Below, one piece after another: positions 1-10,768 of a stretch of DNA of 45,617 nt (position 1 is its first letter; every line of letters begins with the position of its first letter). A model generated the notes under the pieces. The model was not told where the DNA came from. It was given only the letters and a program-made list of their open reading frames with translations, and did no database searches. The DNA is from Gonapodya sp. JEL0774 (Eukaryota): positions 62,001-107,617 of the forward strand of contig JADIIX010000076.1 of the NCBI GenBank assembly GCA_027604505.1. The letters run 5' to 3'. The translations under genes and the position numbers were made by a program.

Positions 1-2245
1 TCGTCGGTGATGCATTACGCACCTGGACCGGATCGGTCTCGGCCAGCCTCGACCTCGAACTCGAGCTCGAGCTCCGGGATCTTTGGTGGTGCTGGGGACG
101 AGGAGAGGGCTCGACCTGTACAGCCTCAGCAGCCGGCGCAGACACAGACGAGGCACCAGCAGGGATCAAATAGATATGAGAGGAGGGCGTCCATGGTGGC
201 GGTGCCTGGGGGTGGGCGAAGAGGATCGGTGGTGGGTGGGGGGGGATATTCTGGTGAGGGTGCGGCAGCGCCGACGACGGGTTCGTCCCATGACGGCGGG
301 CTTTCAGAGGTTGCCGTGAGCGCCACATCACCAAGTGGTGAGAGGCTCAGAGTGCGCCTGGGGTTTGTGGTAGGCACGCAGACCGGCCAGGTGTGTTTGA
401 TCGACATTGTAGGTGAAGAAGACATCGCGGGTGGTGATGTGGTGTGGCGGGTCGACTGCGGAGAGAGAAAGAAAGTGGCGGGTGGGCCGGTGCTGTCCAT
501 GGTGGTGTGGTGGCCTGGGGCGGGAGCACAGGCCAAGGGTGATGGCAAGGACAAGGACAAGGACGTCGAAATGGGAGCGGGAGCTGCGAGGGACAAGGAC
601 AAGACCCAGAGGCAATTGCAGGTGGTAATACCTGGTCGCGCAGCCGCCTCAAATGGTCGACAACCCGCCACATCGAGCACCACCGACGCTGTGTCGAATG
701 TCAACTCTGCATCCACCACCACTCCGACTCCCGGTTCGGAACATCCACCAAAACCGTGCGTAATGCTTGTGTCCTGCCACGGATCTACGGCGTCGCTGGT
801 GGACTTGGCGGTGCCTTCTCTTATGGAGCGCTGGCGGGTCTCTTTGACGGACTTGATGTACATTGGCAGGTCCCGTAGGCTCAAGGAATTTGAGGTGACA
901 GGAGATGCACAAGGAGCGGATTGGATGAAGACTCACACTGTAGTTGGAACTAAAGATGGCAGAATAGAGGTAGCCTCGTTGAACTCACCCGCCGCCATGG
1001 TGGCGAAAGACAAGGACAACCTTAACAAGGAGATCAAGTTCGTGTCAGCTTCACCGGTTCCCTCGTCGAATCCTCTGTCGACCCCTTTAACACCCGAAGG
1101 ACTCGCTGCAGCGTGTGCTATCACTGCAATGGCGGTGGATGGGACCAAGGGTGCCGTTGTCCTCGCAATGGACGACGGTGTGGTCCTGAGGGTGATGCGG
1201 AAGGCCAAAAAATTGAGGAACGTAAAGGGCGCGAAGGACGGAAAAGGAGCAAGTGAAGGTGGGAAGGGCAAGGTGAAAGGCTCTGTGGGATCGATGGCGA
1301 GTGTGGCAGAGGAGAGTGAGGTGGCAACGGGAAATAAAACTAGCGGCACAGAGGATATTGGAACCAATGTCAAAGTTATGGACGCGAAAGAAACGAACGA
1401 AGCAATCACTCGAAGCCCAGAAAATGCCGAAAATGGAAATGTCAAGACCGAAAAGGAAATCGATAAAACCAATGACGGTGGAAACGACAAATTGGTGAAT
1501 TCTACCGAGCACCCAGAGCCCGACAAAGAAGAAGTGCAGATATCGTACTTGTTTTCGGTGGGTTGTGTGAAAAGGCGATATCTGGTCGGTCCAGACGGCG
1601 AAAGAACTCGCTCTCAACGGGTTTATGCACCGACAGTTGGTCGAGATGCCCATCTACCAAGACCCGAACGAAACGCAGCCACCTAACCGTGAGCAACGTG
1701 ATGAAATGCCTGTACCGCATCGCATAACGGTGAGCTTTTTCATCTCTTGCTCACGAAATTGTCGGTCCTGTCTGCTTTGTTCATAGTCACTGGGCTGCAC
1801 CCACTTCGGTGAATGTCTCTAAGCAAAATAATCGATTTGTTCCATATAGTTCGCAGTCTCCATCACCCCCTTTCTCGACTCCCAACTGCGACAGTGCCTC
1901 CTCGTGGGCGGCTCCGATGGTACTGTCCGAGCCTACCAAGTGCCACTTCCGCCAGCGTCCGCTCCAGCCACCCCTCTATTCCGTGCGAGCCCTGCAGTAG
2001 AAGATCGACGAGTGTGGTCTGGTGAGGCCGCCGGGATGGGCGGACAGATAATTCCTATCAGTGTGGCTAAGGGACGAGGGGGAAGCGCTAGTGGGAAAGA
2101 GGAGGACGCGGAGAAGCTGAAGTTAATGGCAGAGGCAGATGAAGAGGTGGATGGTGAGGTTTTCGCAGCCGCAGTGTGCACGAATGGCGGTGATGGTGCC
2201 GGAATGTGTGTGAGCGTTGGGAGTCAAGGTACGTTGAGCGTTTAG
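1..2245 (+). CDS. Uncharacterised WD40/beta-propeller-like protein with long low-complexity insertions, probably 5'-truncated; inferred introns about 1558-1594, 1730-1786 and 1809-1856
   Basis: ORF 7-1686 joins ORF 1904-2245 in frame through GT-AG introns and a 22-nt exon (HRIT|SLGCTHFV|SITPFLD). Blade-like motifs are FVVGTQTGQVCLID, VVGTKDGRIEV, ITAMAVD..VLAMDDGVV and LLVGGSDGTVRAY. The first intron is only 37 nt and is uncertain. Confidence 0.6.
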
Positions 2246-2483
2246 CACTAAATTCATCTATTCAACTTCTTACATCCACATATTTTGCTTCTTTGTGGGT
2301 TCGACTTGGTTGCACAATGGTATTGGTGTGGCGGATTTGGACCCTCAACCACTTCTTTCCCGATTTGGATTATATGTGTCACCCACCACGTCAGGCCGCC
2401 TCCACATCCTGAACCTCCCCAGCACACAGCCACTTGTGCATTCTTTCCGCGTCACGTGTCACGAACGGCCGCGCCCTCCAGCC

Positions 2484-2783
2484 ATGGCGAAGGAGCTTCA
2501 TCCTTCCAAAGACCCTTCATCGGTTGCCACAGGTGTTTCGGGTCCCTCAAAAACTGTGCCTCTGGCAAAAAGCAATAATTCCAACGATGCAGGATCAATT
2601 GCTAGCGTAACCGCAAGTGCTATCGCATCAGTTTTGCGGCGGCACTTACACCGCAAGCGAGTGTTTTTAATAGAGGGTGAGCGCAGCGTGGCGTGCGCGA
2701 TATTCGGGCATGAGTGGACCATCTTGGGACTGGGACGGGCAGTGGAAATTGTCACTGAGAACGCTCGAGCAGTGCGGGTGTGA
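2484..2783 (+). CDS. Possible small hypothetical protein (MAKELHPSKDP...ARAVRV, 99 aa)
   Basis: ATG-started part of ORF 2295-2783, ending just before an AT-rich patch. No recognised homology. Confidence 0.3.
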   Translation: MAKELHPSKDPSSVATGVSGPSKTVPLAKSNNSNDAGSIASVTASAIASVLRRHLHRKRVFLIEGERSVACAIFGHEWTILGLGRAVEIVTENARAVRV

Positions 2784-2814
2784 TATCATTGCTTTTTTAC
2801 TTTTATGAATGTCT

Positions 2815-3249
2815 TCACATAGCATTGATACGAGCATGACATTGCCAGTCGAATAATTGGGAATCCGTTAGTCCCATTTGCATCCTCCGTTCCTTGAGCA
2901 CGATGAAAGCCACCGAGAATACATCAAATGGGACTGGCTCCAGGGACTTTTTTTACCATCGGGCTCTTTGTCGAAGTCACATTTTGTTGTGAAAGCCAGC
3001 AACGGCCGTATGTATGCAGTGTTAATAGCAGTACCAAATAGATTGATCAATCCACGCATTTGTTAATCAAAATGAAATCTTCTTTGATGCCTGAGGAATC
3101 GGGTTGTGATATGAGTGAGACCTGGCGCTGATAAACACACATGGAAAAATAACCCCTTTTGAGGGTGTAAAACTTTGACGATTCCCGCAGGCACGCAAAA
3201 GTTGCGGAATCATCTCATCGGAGCTCATCGGCATCGCTGAAGTCGCCAT
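2815..3249 (-). CDS. Possible 3-exon micro-gene of about 73 aa (exons 3249-3195, 3090-3056, 2946-2815)
   Basis: Hand splicing at GT-AG sites keeps frame: MATSAMPMSSDEMIPQLLRIKEDFILINKCSLEPVPFDVFSVAFIVLKERRMQMGLTDSQLFDWQCHARINAM*. Donors are weak (GTGCCT, GTGGAT) and I recognise no homologue. Confidence 0.3.
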
Positions 3250-3448
3250 TTGCGGGCGCCCGGAAGGGGAGGAGTCAGCTGGCCTGTGTATAGTGTATCA
3301 ATTCAGGCACAGACAAAGGTCTGCATCACCTCGGAAACTAGACTGTGAGTGTCCGGCACCGGCAGATCCGCGCTTTGCGTTTCAATTGCGCTGCCTGTGT
3401 CTCATTAAGCTTCCTGCGACCCCTGGGAAGCTGGTTATCTTTCTGCCG

Positions 3449-6400
3449 ATGATGAACCTGAGTCTCCCGCTATCAACCCCCAGCCCCTTGATACTCTTCC
3501 GCAGTTCTCGATTCTTTGCACTGTATTTTGTGATCGCAGCTCTTTTCGTTTTGGCTGACTTCTCCGACATTGGATGCAGAATCGCATTATTTGATGTCGA
3601 GTTTCTGGCTGCCCAAAGTTTGCGAATCAATGCCATGCATGCAGAACTTATGCTTCATGACGCTCCGACCATGTCTGCACCTGCACACAGAATAAGCCGT
3701 TTGCTTGTCGAGGCGGCTGCGCCAACACCCATGCCAAGGTCGCCCATACTGCCTGTACGGATTGCTCAACCGACACCAACCGCTCCAACATGGGCTCCCC
3801 CCGCACTGGCAACAAATCCTCTAATCCAAAAGCGTGACAGCATACCACGTGTATATCCTCCTTCCCCTCAATACCGGGTACCTCAACCAGACCGGGTACT
3901 TAGCGGACGGGACCCGAACGGTATTGACTCCTTTCCCGACACTTTACTGCAACGCGAGTTTCTGTCCGGGAATGCTCCTAGCGCTACTTCTTTTGAAGAC
4001 CATCTGGCACCGGGTGTCCGAGCCGTGATGTCCGTCCTTTTCGCGGCGTTCTTTATCACACTATTCCTCGCAGTTGTAGCAAGCGCCTTCATGATTTCTG
4101 TTAAGGTGAGAGTTCCTCTCTAACTTTTTGATGATCGATGCTTGTGTCCCGGTCCTTCTACTGACTTCGGTCGGGATCCCTTTGCGATTTGCACCTTCAC
4201 AGCGCCGCGCCCGCCTTATCAGCCTGTTTCCCGCCCATCACTTGATGCAAATATTCTCGAAATCCGCCACTATGCCCACCTTTCGAACTCTAGCTCGTTT
4301 CTTTCGACCCCTACCTCGGGTGATTCCCGATGACGCTGAGACTATCCGCACTGCGTCACCGTCACCCGCACCCTCTTCTCAACATCGACGCTTGCATCCG
4401 CCACCTTCGCCGGACTGGCACTCAGATGGACGGGGACTTAAGAGATCGAGATCGCCGTTGCCCCCAAATAGGCGAGGGGCGGATGGATCTGCTAGGCAGA
4501 ACGCCTCTCAAATAGTCGATGACGGCGGTATTGGTCTTCGTCCCACTATTACCTCCCCCTTTGCTTCACTCTCTTTTCCGCTCCATCCGCCGCTTCAGTC
4601 TGTAAAATCCCCAGAAACAGCAGTGGGCACGGCAGGACCAGGTTGGGAGGTTGTTGAGACAAAGGAGGAACGCCGCCGGCACCGGAAAACTGAATCTGGA
4701 CAACTTGCCCCAGCAGAGCGCGCTGCGATCGTGGGAGAGATGGTGCGAGTTTCTGGTAGTGAGACATCTGCACAATCGCCTTCGACGCCCAACCTCTCTT
4801 GGCGTCCGTTGCCCCAATCCAATGCACCAGCTTCTCCTTCTCGTCCCGCTCCTATGTCACGCAGCTCTGTGGCGTCATCGTTGTCCGCAGTCCAGCTGAA
4901 CGAACCACTCGACTTTTCTACGGTAGCTGCACTTGCAGAGCGCTCATCGGCAAGGCGGGCGACTCACAGGCATTCCTCGTCAGTCGGCGGAACAGTCGTA
5001 GGTGGTGCAAGCTACTCCAAGGCTTTGACGGGAGATCGTGTTGGAGGTGGAAGTGGGGAGAGGTTGACCTCTGCCCGACCTTCCATCAGCCTCCAAACCG
5101 CCCCTGCCAGTAACAAATCAGACAGCTTGCAGGGTGCATCTTTGCCTCCTCTGGTCTTCTCTCAAACTCATTCGAGCGCTGCGAGGGATGGAGTTCCCCG
5201 GCCGCGTTCAACGGCACCTGGTTTGGAAGGGAAGCCCCGCTCCTTGGTCACCCCACCTATCACCCCTGCGAATTCTCAGAACTTGCTTTTGGATAGAACA
5301 TCAAGTTTAAGCGGTACAACAGTGGGTCCCGTGGTAACCATTACCCTAACCGACGATGCACCCGGTACGGAAGCTGCTGGTTCCAAGCAGGACAAAACAC
5401 GTCGGCGTCGGCATCGGCGGACAGGCAAAAACGGTTCTGGCTCGCACCAATTGGGCCACACTAGGAAGGGGTCACATCCTGAAACGCCGATGGACAATCA
5501 GATTTTGGAGCGAACTGAGATTGAGGATTACATGAATGCAGACTTTTCCAGCCTTTCACGCTTTCAGTCCCCAGGCCGAGCTGGGGTTGCCATGAAACCG
5601 CGCTCTGTTTCTATGTCGGCCACAGCCCCAAAAGTCAGCCAACATGGGGCACTTCAGGTGCACATTCCCAACGCCTTTGCAGGGAGGACATCGCAGCTTA
5701 CCCCCCCACCGTCTCCGCCTACAGGAGGTCGACATACTCACATAAACTCTCTGGGACCACAGTATCGGCCGACAGAGGGTTCCATGGAGAACCCTAATTG
5801 GGCGTGGGCGCCAAGTTCGGGTGTGGACGGACTGGAGGCACAGCCTCGGGCTCGGATTCATCCGTTTCCACAAAACTCCGGGCCAATGTTGCATAGTGGT
5901 GGTTTGGGGAGGGACGAGGTGGCAGTCATCGGAAACAATCAACATCATGCATCTCGCTATTACCTGGGATCGGATCATGGGATGTTTGATACAATCGATG
6001 CGGGGCAAGAGCCGGAGCGTGGGCGAACCACGTTTTATTCTCCTTTCGCAACTGGGGTCGACTTTGGCTTTGTTGGTTCGGCTCGTGATGTGGAAGCAGG
6101 GAAGCCTTTTGAAAGAAGGGTATCGGTTGATGTGTTCCCTGTTGATATTTATGGACGGGACTTGGTTGGAAGTGGTCTCGTGGAGACGAACGGTTCGCGC
6201 TATCCAGGGGACCATGGCCGTCGCACGCCAGGGCTTCCACCATCATTCGGCTCCACAGCCAGACCAAAACCGCATCAGACGTACATTCCAATGTCTCCTG
6301 GCCGACAGAACACAGCGCAAACTTGGAACTCCTCACTTTTGCTCGATATTCCCATAGCATCGGGCCTGGACGCAAGCACTGCGGGCGGTGCTCGTTCGCC

Positions 6401-6788
6401 GCATCGCAGAGCTGAGAGTCAACAGCGGTTACCGACAATTGAAACCGGTATGACCTCACCTGTAGATGATTCGTATATCAACAATCTTTTGGCATCACCT
6501 GTAGCTGGTGCTGGGGCTGCCCCGAAATTCTTTGACGAAGTCAATCGGTCGCGGAACGACGACATGGCCAGTCTGGAAATGGGGTCATTAAGTCAACACC
6601 CCCTCCTTTTGGGAGAAACGCAGTCCGACCAAACCGCCAGAGGATGGGCAGGAACATTGTTGCAGAGAGTATCAGGCGTCAATGGCACCACCAGGACGGG
6701 TCACTCTTTTGAAACGCCACTAATGGGGCTGAGACGCTCTTATGATGACCCGCGTGGTACTGAACGGGGCTATAGCTTGTTTGGTTGA
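3449..6788 (+). CDS. Uncharacterised single-pass membrane protein with a long Ser/Pro/Arg-rich disordered tail; intron 4106-4202; start uncertain (3449, 3634 or 3671)
   Basis: ORFs 3293-4123 and 4128-6788 join in phase 0 via GTGAGA...CACAG. The hydrophobic segment VMSVLFAAFFITLFLAVVASAFMISV is followed by K|RRAR, consistent with the positive-inside rule. Confidence 0.65.
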
Positions 6789-6915
6789 GATGTTGGTAGT
6801 CATACAACCATGGAACTGTGTTGGTACTCTAAACCTAGATGTTGTGGTCACCGTGGGAGAAGATCGCCAGATTCTCAACAACTTTGAGATAATTTGCATA
6901 TATATGTCAATACAT

Positions 6916-9056
6916 TCAGCTAGCTACCCAAGAGGCCCAAGAATTTACCACACGCTTCCATAGAGGGGTACCGTCGGTGTTCATCACGACCATGTCCTCT
7001 TCTTTAACGAGCGTCGACTTCTCCACCGAAATATCCATTTTGGAGTCTACCAGATCTTCTATCACACGGTCTGACCTTGCTCTTCTTCGCAGAATGCCCG
7101 TTTCTACAAGTGCACTTGATGATTTTTCCGCAAAGAGCAAGGAAGCAAAGCCTGAAGTTTCCAAATGTGGGTTTCGTGAGGATTCCGGAGTCTGAGAAGG
7201 AGTGTGATGTAAACCTGTAGGCTGGATCCAACGATGACTGCATTTTTGTTTGCTTAGTTGATCGCCCGCCGCAGTTCGACAAGAATCCGCCCCGTCGTAC
7301 GTGGGAACTTCTGAGTCCAGAAATTCCTCTTCAACAAGGGTCGCCTCGCTAGCACTCCCCATGTTGAGGGACGAATATGTTACGGAGGCTCCCTCCACAA
7401 TTCTAGGCGTAACCGTGTTCCTGGCAGGCTCACGAAGTACGTGAGATTCCGAGATAGCATGGCCAAAGCTCAATTCTGATACACCGCACGAAGTTTCTCT
7501 CCGCTTGTCGCACAATGACGCGACCCCTGTTCGGACTGGCTTCTGTCCTTTTGGAACAAACTCAACAGTGGCAAGAACAGAAGGGTCTTCCACGAACTCA
7601 TTAAGTCTTTGTTTGCTGTCTGGTGGTGGACCTACAGACCGCGGAGTGACAATTGATCCGTTATCATCCTTGATCATCTCTGAAAAGCGTTTTCGAAACC
7701 TTGTCGCTACAGATTCGGGTAATTGCGATTGAAGGACAAACCCCAGCGGGGAACTTTTCTTTGAATCTCTTGCTGGCATAAATTCTTCAACACAAATTTG
7801 CGCAGAAATCTCATTCCGCAGCTTGCTGTGTCCTCGATATTTGGCAACGCGCGTGGCTGCACGGACACCATGAACTTCGAGTTCCTTGAGCCTTGCATTC
7901 GAGACCTTTATTTTGCGATCGGGTGGAGAGGAGGTTGTAGATGAAGTGAGAAAGCGATATGCATTGTGGAGATCGAGCAGTTCGTTTTGCAAGGGAGAGT
8001 GTTGACAGGGAAGTACATCCTTCCCCATAACAGAAGTTTGTCGCCGTTGTTGGGATGCAACAAACGACCGGGCATGTGGAGAAGATTCGAGAATTTGCCG
8101 GGACTTTCGAAGTAAACTCAGCCAACCGATAGTTTTCCGCTCAATCTCGTCTCTCTCTCTTTTACGTCGCCGAAATGGGCTAGACCGAGCACGATATCGG
8201 CGCTGCAGCAGTGACTGACGAGTTCTTTCGAAGTACGGGACCACCAGACCGGACGATTGGGACGGCAAATGACCGTGCAAAGTAGATGAGTAAGCCAAGG
8301 TTGGCTTTACATTCAGTTCTCCAGTAGATACAAGAACGGAAAAGATGTCGACAAGCTGGTGAACGTCAAGGGCTTGTCCGGTAGATCGTTGCCCAGAGTG
8401 CGGTAAGTTGGGAGCCCGAATGTATTTCAGTGGCGGCCCTTCATAGGATAAAGTTCGGTGTGCAAACTTGGTCTCGTAAATCCTCTGAAAATTTATGAAA
8501 CAAAGTGTGAGAATCTCCCTAGGGGCTTCTGGTGCGAATGATCCTGGATGGCTGGCTTAAGAGATTCCACAAAATTTTAGCACTTCGTTGTGCTGTCCCC
8601 GCGGATCTCAGAGAGTTCTAATGTGGCAGATCCGAGTCGTGTGTATATTGATTGTCCCGGAGCTGGGTCTTGCATCCATAGAAACAGAAAAGTGCCCAAA
8701 CGACTTACACGAAAAATGAGCTGCCCCTGAACTTCCAATACAGCTGCTGGTAGCATTCCTCGACAAAATTCCACATGCGCAGTGCGCTCTTGTGGGTTCA
8801 CAGGCATATTCGTGGGACAAAAGCGGGACTTCATTGGACTACTACAGTCTGCTCCTCGTACTCCAGTCGAAAGTGCCTCGGCTTTTGGGTCAGATCCAAC
8901 CCTTAAAGGATAGTCATCTTCTGCAATGTCCATATCCTCCGTCCTTCCCATGTCTGCAGTGGGACGAGGTTGGAGCGATGTCTTCACCTTGCGCGATGTG
9001 CTGTTGGTGCTACTCAACGGAGAGCCGAAGGGACGAGAGGAGAGTAGAGGTGACAT
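6916..9056 (-). CDS. Uncharacterised protein, spliced (ORFs 8577-9191 and 6916-8298 linked through about 8300-8485)
   Basis: Two long same-strand ORFs with a GTAAGT donor near 8708 and a TTTCAG acceptor near 8485. ATG at 9056 (MSPLLSSR). No family recognised. Confidence 0.55.
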
Positions 9057-9151
9057 TATAGAATAGAGTTGATTGATCGACGTACGCCGGTCTCCGGAGC
9101 CAGAGGCGGTGATGAAGGTAGCGAACTTGCAGTCTTCGCACAAACAGCAAC

Positions 9152-9180
9152 AAAGTGCAAACCAATAAAGTGCAAACCAA
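9152..9180. repeat. Short tandem duplication (AAAGTGCAAACCAA x2)
   Basis: Read directly: aaagtgcaaaccaa-t-aaagtgcaaaccaa. Confidence 0.8.
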
Positions 9181-9254
9181 CAACAGTCCACAACATCTTG
9201 CTTGACAGATAGGGTACCATGCGTAAAACTACACTACGTCCTAATCGCATTCTA

Positions 9255-10629
9255 TCACTTCTTCTGAGGACTAAGGATTCCTTCCAGTTGAGTCTGCAAA
9301 CGAAATCTCTAGAATGAGAAATGAAAGTGGTGAGCCAACAAATTCGATTCACCTTACCTTGAGCTGTACGTTGGTCTTTTTCAAGAATTGTATTTCCTCG
9401 GCGTGCTTTCTCTCCTCCATTTGGCGACGTTCAGTCTCTCGCTTTTCGATCGCCTCACATTTGGCTTTCAACTCGAGAACCTGAACGTCGAGTTGGCGCT
9501 TTTCATCCTCGAGAGATTTGATCTGTCATAGTTCACGAGCATTAAAAAGGTCCATGTTGATTGCGAGAGAACGAAACAGATTAAGCCCTGTTCAAATTTC
9601 GACGGACCTTGTTCTCCATATCTGATTTGCCCTGCTCCGCCTGCAACGCCTTCCTCATTCCGAACGCTACAGAGCTCTCATAGAGAGTCTGATATGCTGC
9701 TAGTGTCATTCGAATCTCATCGCGCACGCGAAGGAGTAGGAGACCGCGTTCTTGGCAGGAAATGGTCACCTGTCGGATTATCTCATCTGATACGTTGAAA
9801 TAGATGATTTATGGTAGTTTGTACTCTTGAATTCGCTGGTGACGCACCAAAACACTGATTGTACAATTCCCGTCGAACTGGGCAGATCCCAGTCTCTCTA
9901 GCCTGTCTTTTTTGAAGCATTTGATCGAGTTGTTCCTGGTTTAAAGCGGAAATGATCGGTTCGTGAAGAGTTACCACGACGCAGTATTATTCACCTGGAG
10001 GTTGATAACATCCAAGCGAGTCGCAGGTGTACTCGAGACTTTCTGCACCCACAACTGTCCCGTTTCTTCCCAGGTCCTGTGAATGTCAGAATAGTAGTAT
10101 GGCGGGTGCATGGAGATAGGTTTTGACATACGATAATGAAGAGACTCAAGACCCGCTCAAGAAATAGAAGGCGTGGGCTTCCACCAAAACTGCCAATACA
10201 ATCCTGATTCGTCCCGATTGTGCAGACGGTGCGAAGTCAACCCGACACAAATCAACTTCGGTATTGATGTGGCTTCTTTAAAACACCGAATTCATTTATA
10301 GGTCCGATTTTTTCATTTCGTAGATGCTACGTCATGTCTCCAAAAGTTAGTGGTGCAGATATTCACCTTGGCGGCAGGATTGAGTTGAGCACATCCTCCG
10401 TCTGGTTTGGGGTCGTCACTCTGCCTTTTCCATCAACGGGCGGAAGCTGCTTCTTACCCTGCCCGGGCTGTGGACCTGTCTGGGATGATGGGAGCTGCGT
10501 GGATTTTGCGGCAGGCGATGGCGAAGGTGATTTATTGCGGTTCGGGGAGCCCGCGGCCTGCTGGGACGACGCGTCGGTCTTTGAGACAAGCACTGGATTC
10601 TCGTATCGTAACAAGGACGCGCGATTCAT
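9255..10629 (-). CDS. DNALI1: Axonemal inner-arm dynein light intermediate chain p28; exons 10629-10367, 10076-9995, 9935-9848, 9786-9608, 9522-9358, 9293-9255
   Basis: The spliced product has the hallmark p28 sequence: SLLRYENPVLVS, LNSILPPR-TWEETGQLWVQKVSSTPATRLDVINLQ-EQLDQMLQKRQARETGICPVRRELYNQCFDE, ERGLLLLRVRDEIRMTLAAYQTLYESSVAFGMRKALQAEQGK, ending QLEGILSPQKK*. Confidence 0.97.
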
Positions 10630-10768
10630 CGTGATGTTGATGAGATTTGGGGTGAAGGGACATGCGCCAACCTCCAAGCTTATGTACTGACCAACTTGCT
10701 TTGGCCAACTGCCAGATCACCGATATTTGGAAATTGCGAAGCCGAAGAGTCCAAAAGATTGGACGACA
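10630..10768. promoter_or_regulatory. Putative bidirectional promoter between p28 and Ku80 (139 bp between ATGs)
   Basis: Head-to-head inferred start codons at 10629 (-) and 10769 (+). No specific motif identified. Confidence 0.55.

Noticed and set aside
546..606. AAGGAC repeats, and the GAA run at 14281-14297
   Set aside because: Coding low-complexity sequence (KDKDKD, poly-Glu), not a repeat array.
126..1653. Long antisense ORFs (126-884, 933-1526, 1087-1653), and similar ones at 5556-6215 and 39304-39732
   Set aside because: They are shadows of coding exons on the opposite strand, with no motifs of their own.
10680..10720. Possible RFX X-box upstream of p28 (TTGCTTTGGCCAAC)
   Set aside because: It does not fit the GTNRCC-N0-3-RGYAAC consensus well, and I saw no counterpart before ARMC4.
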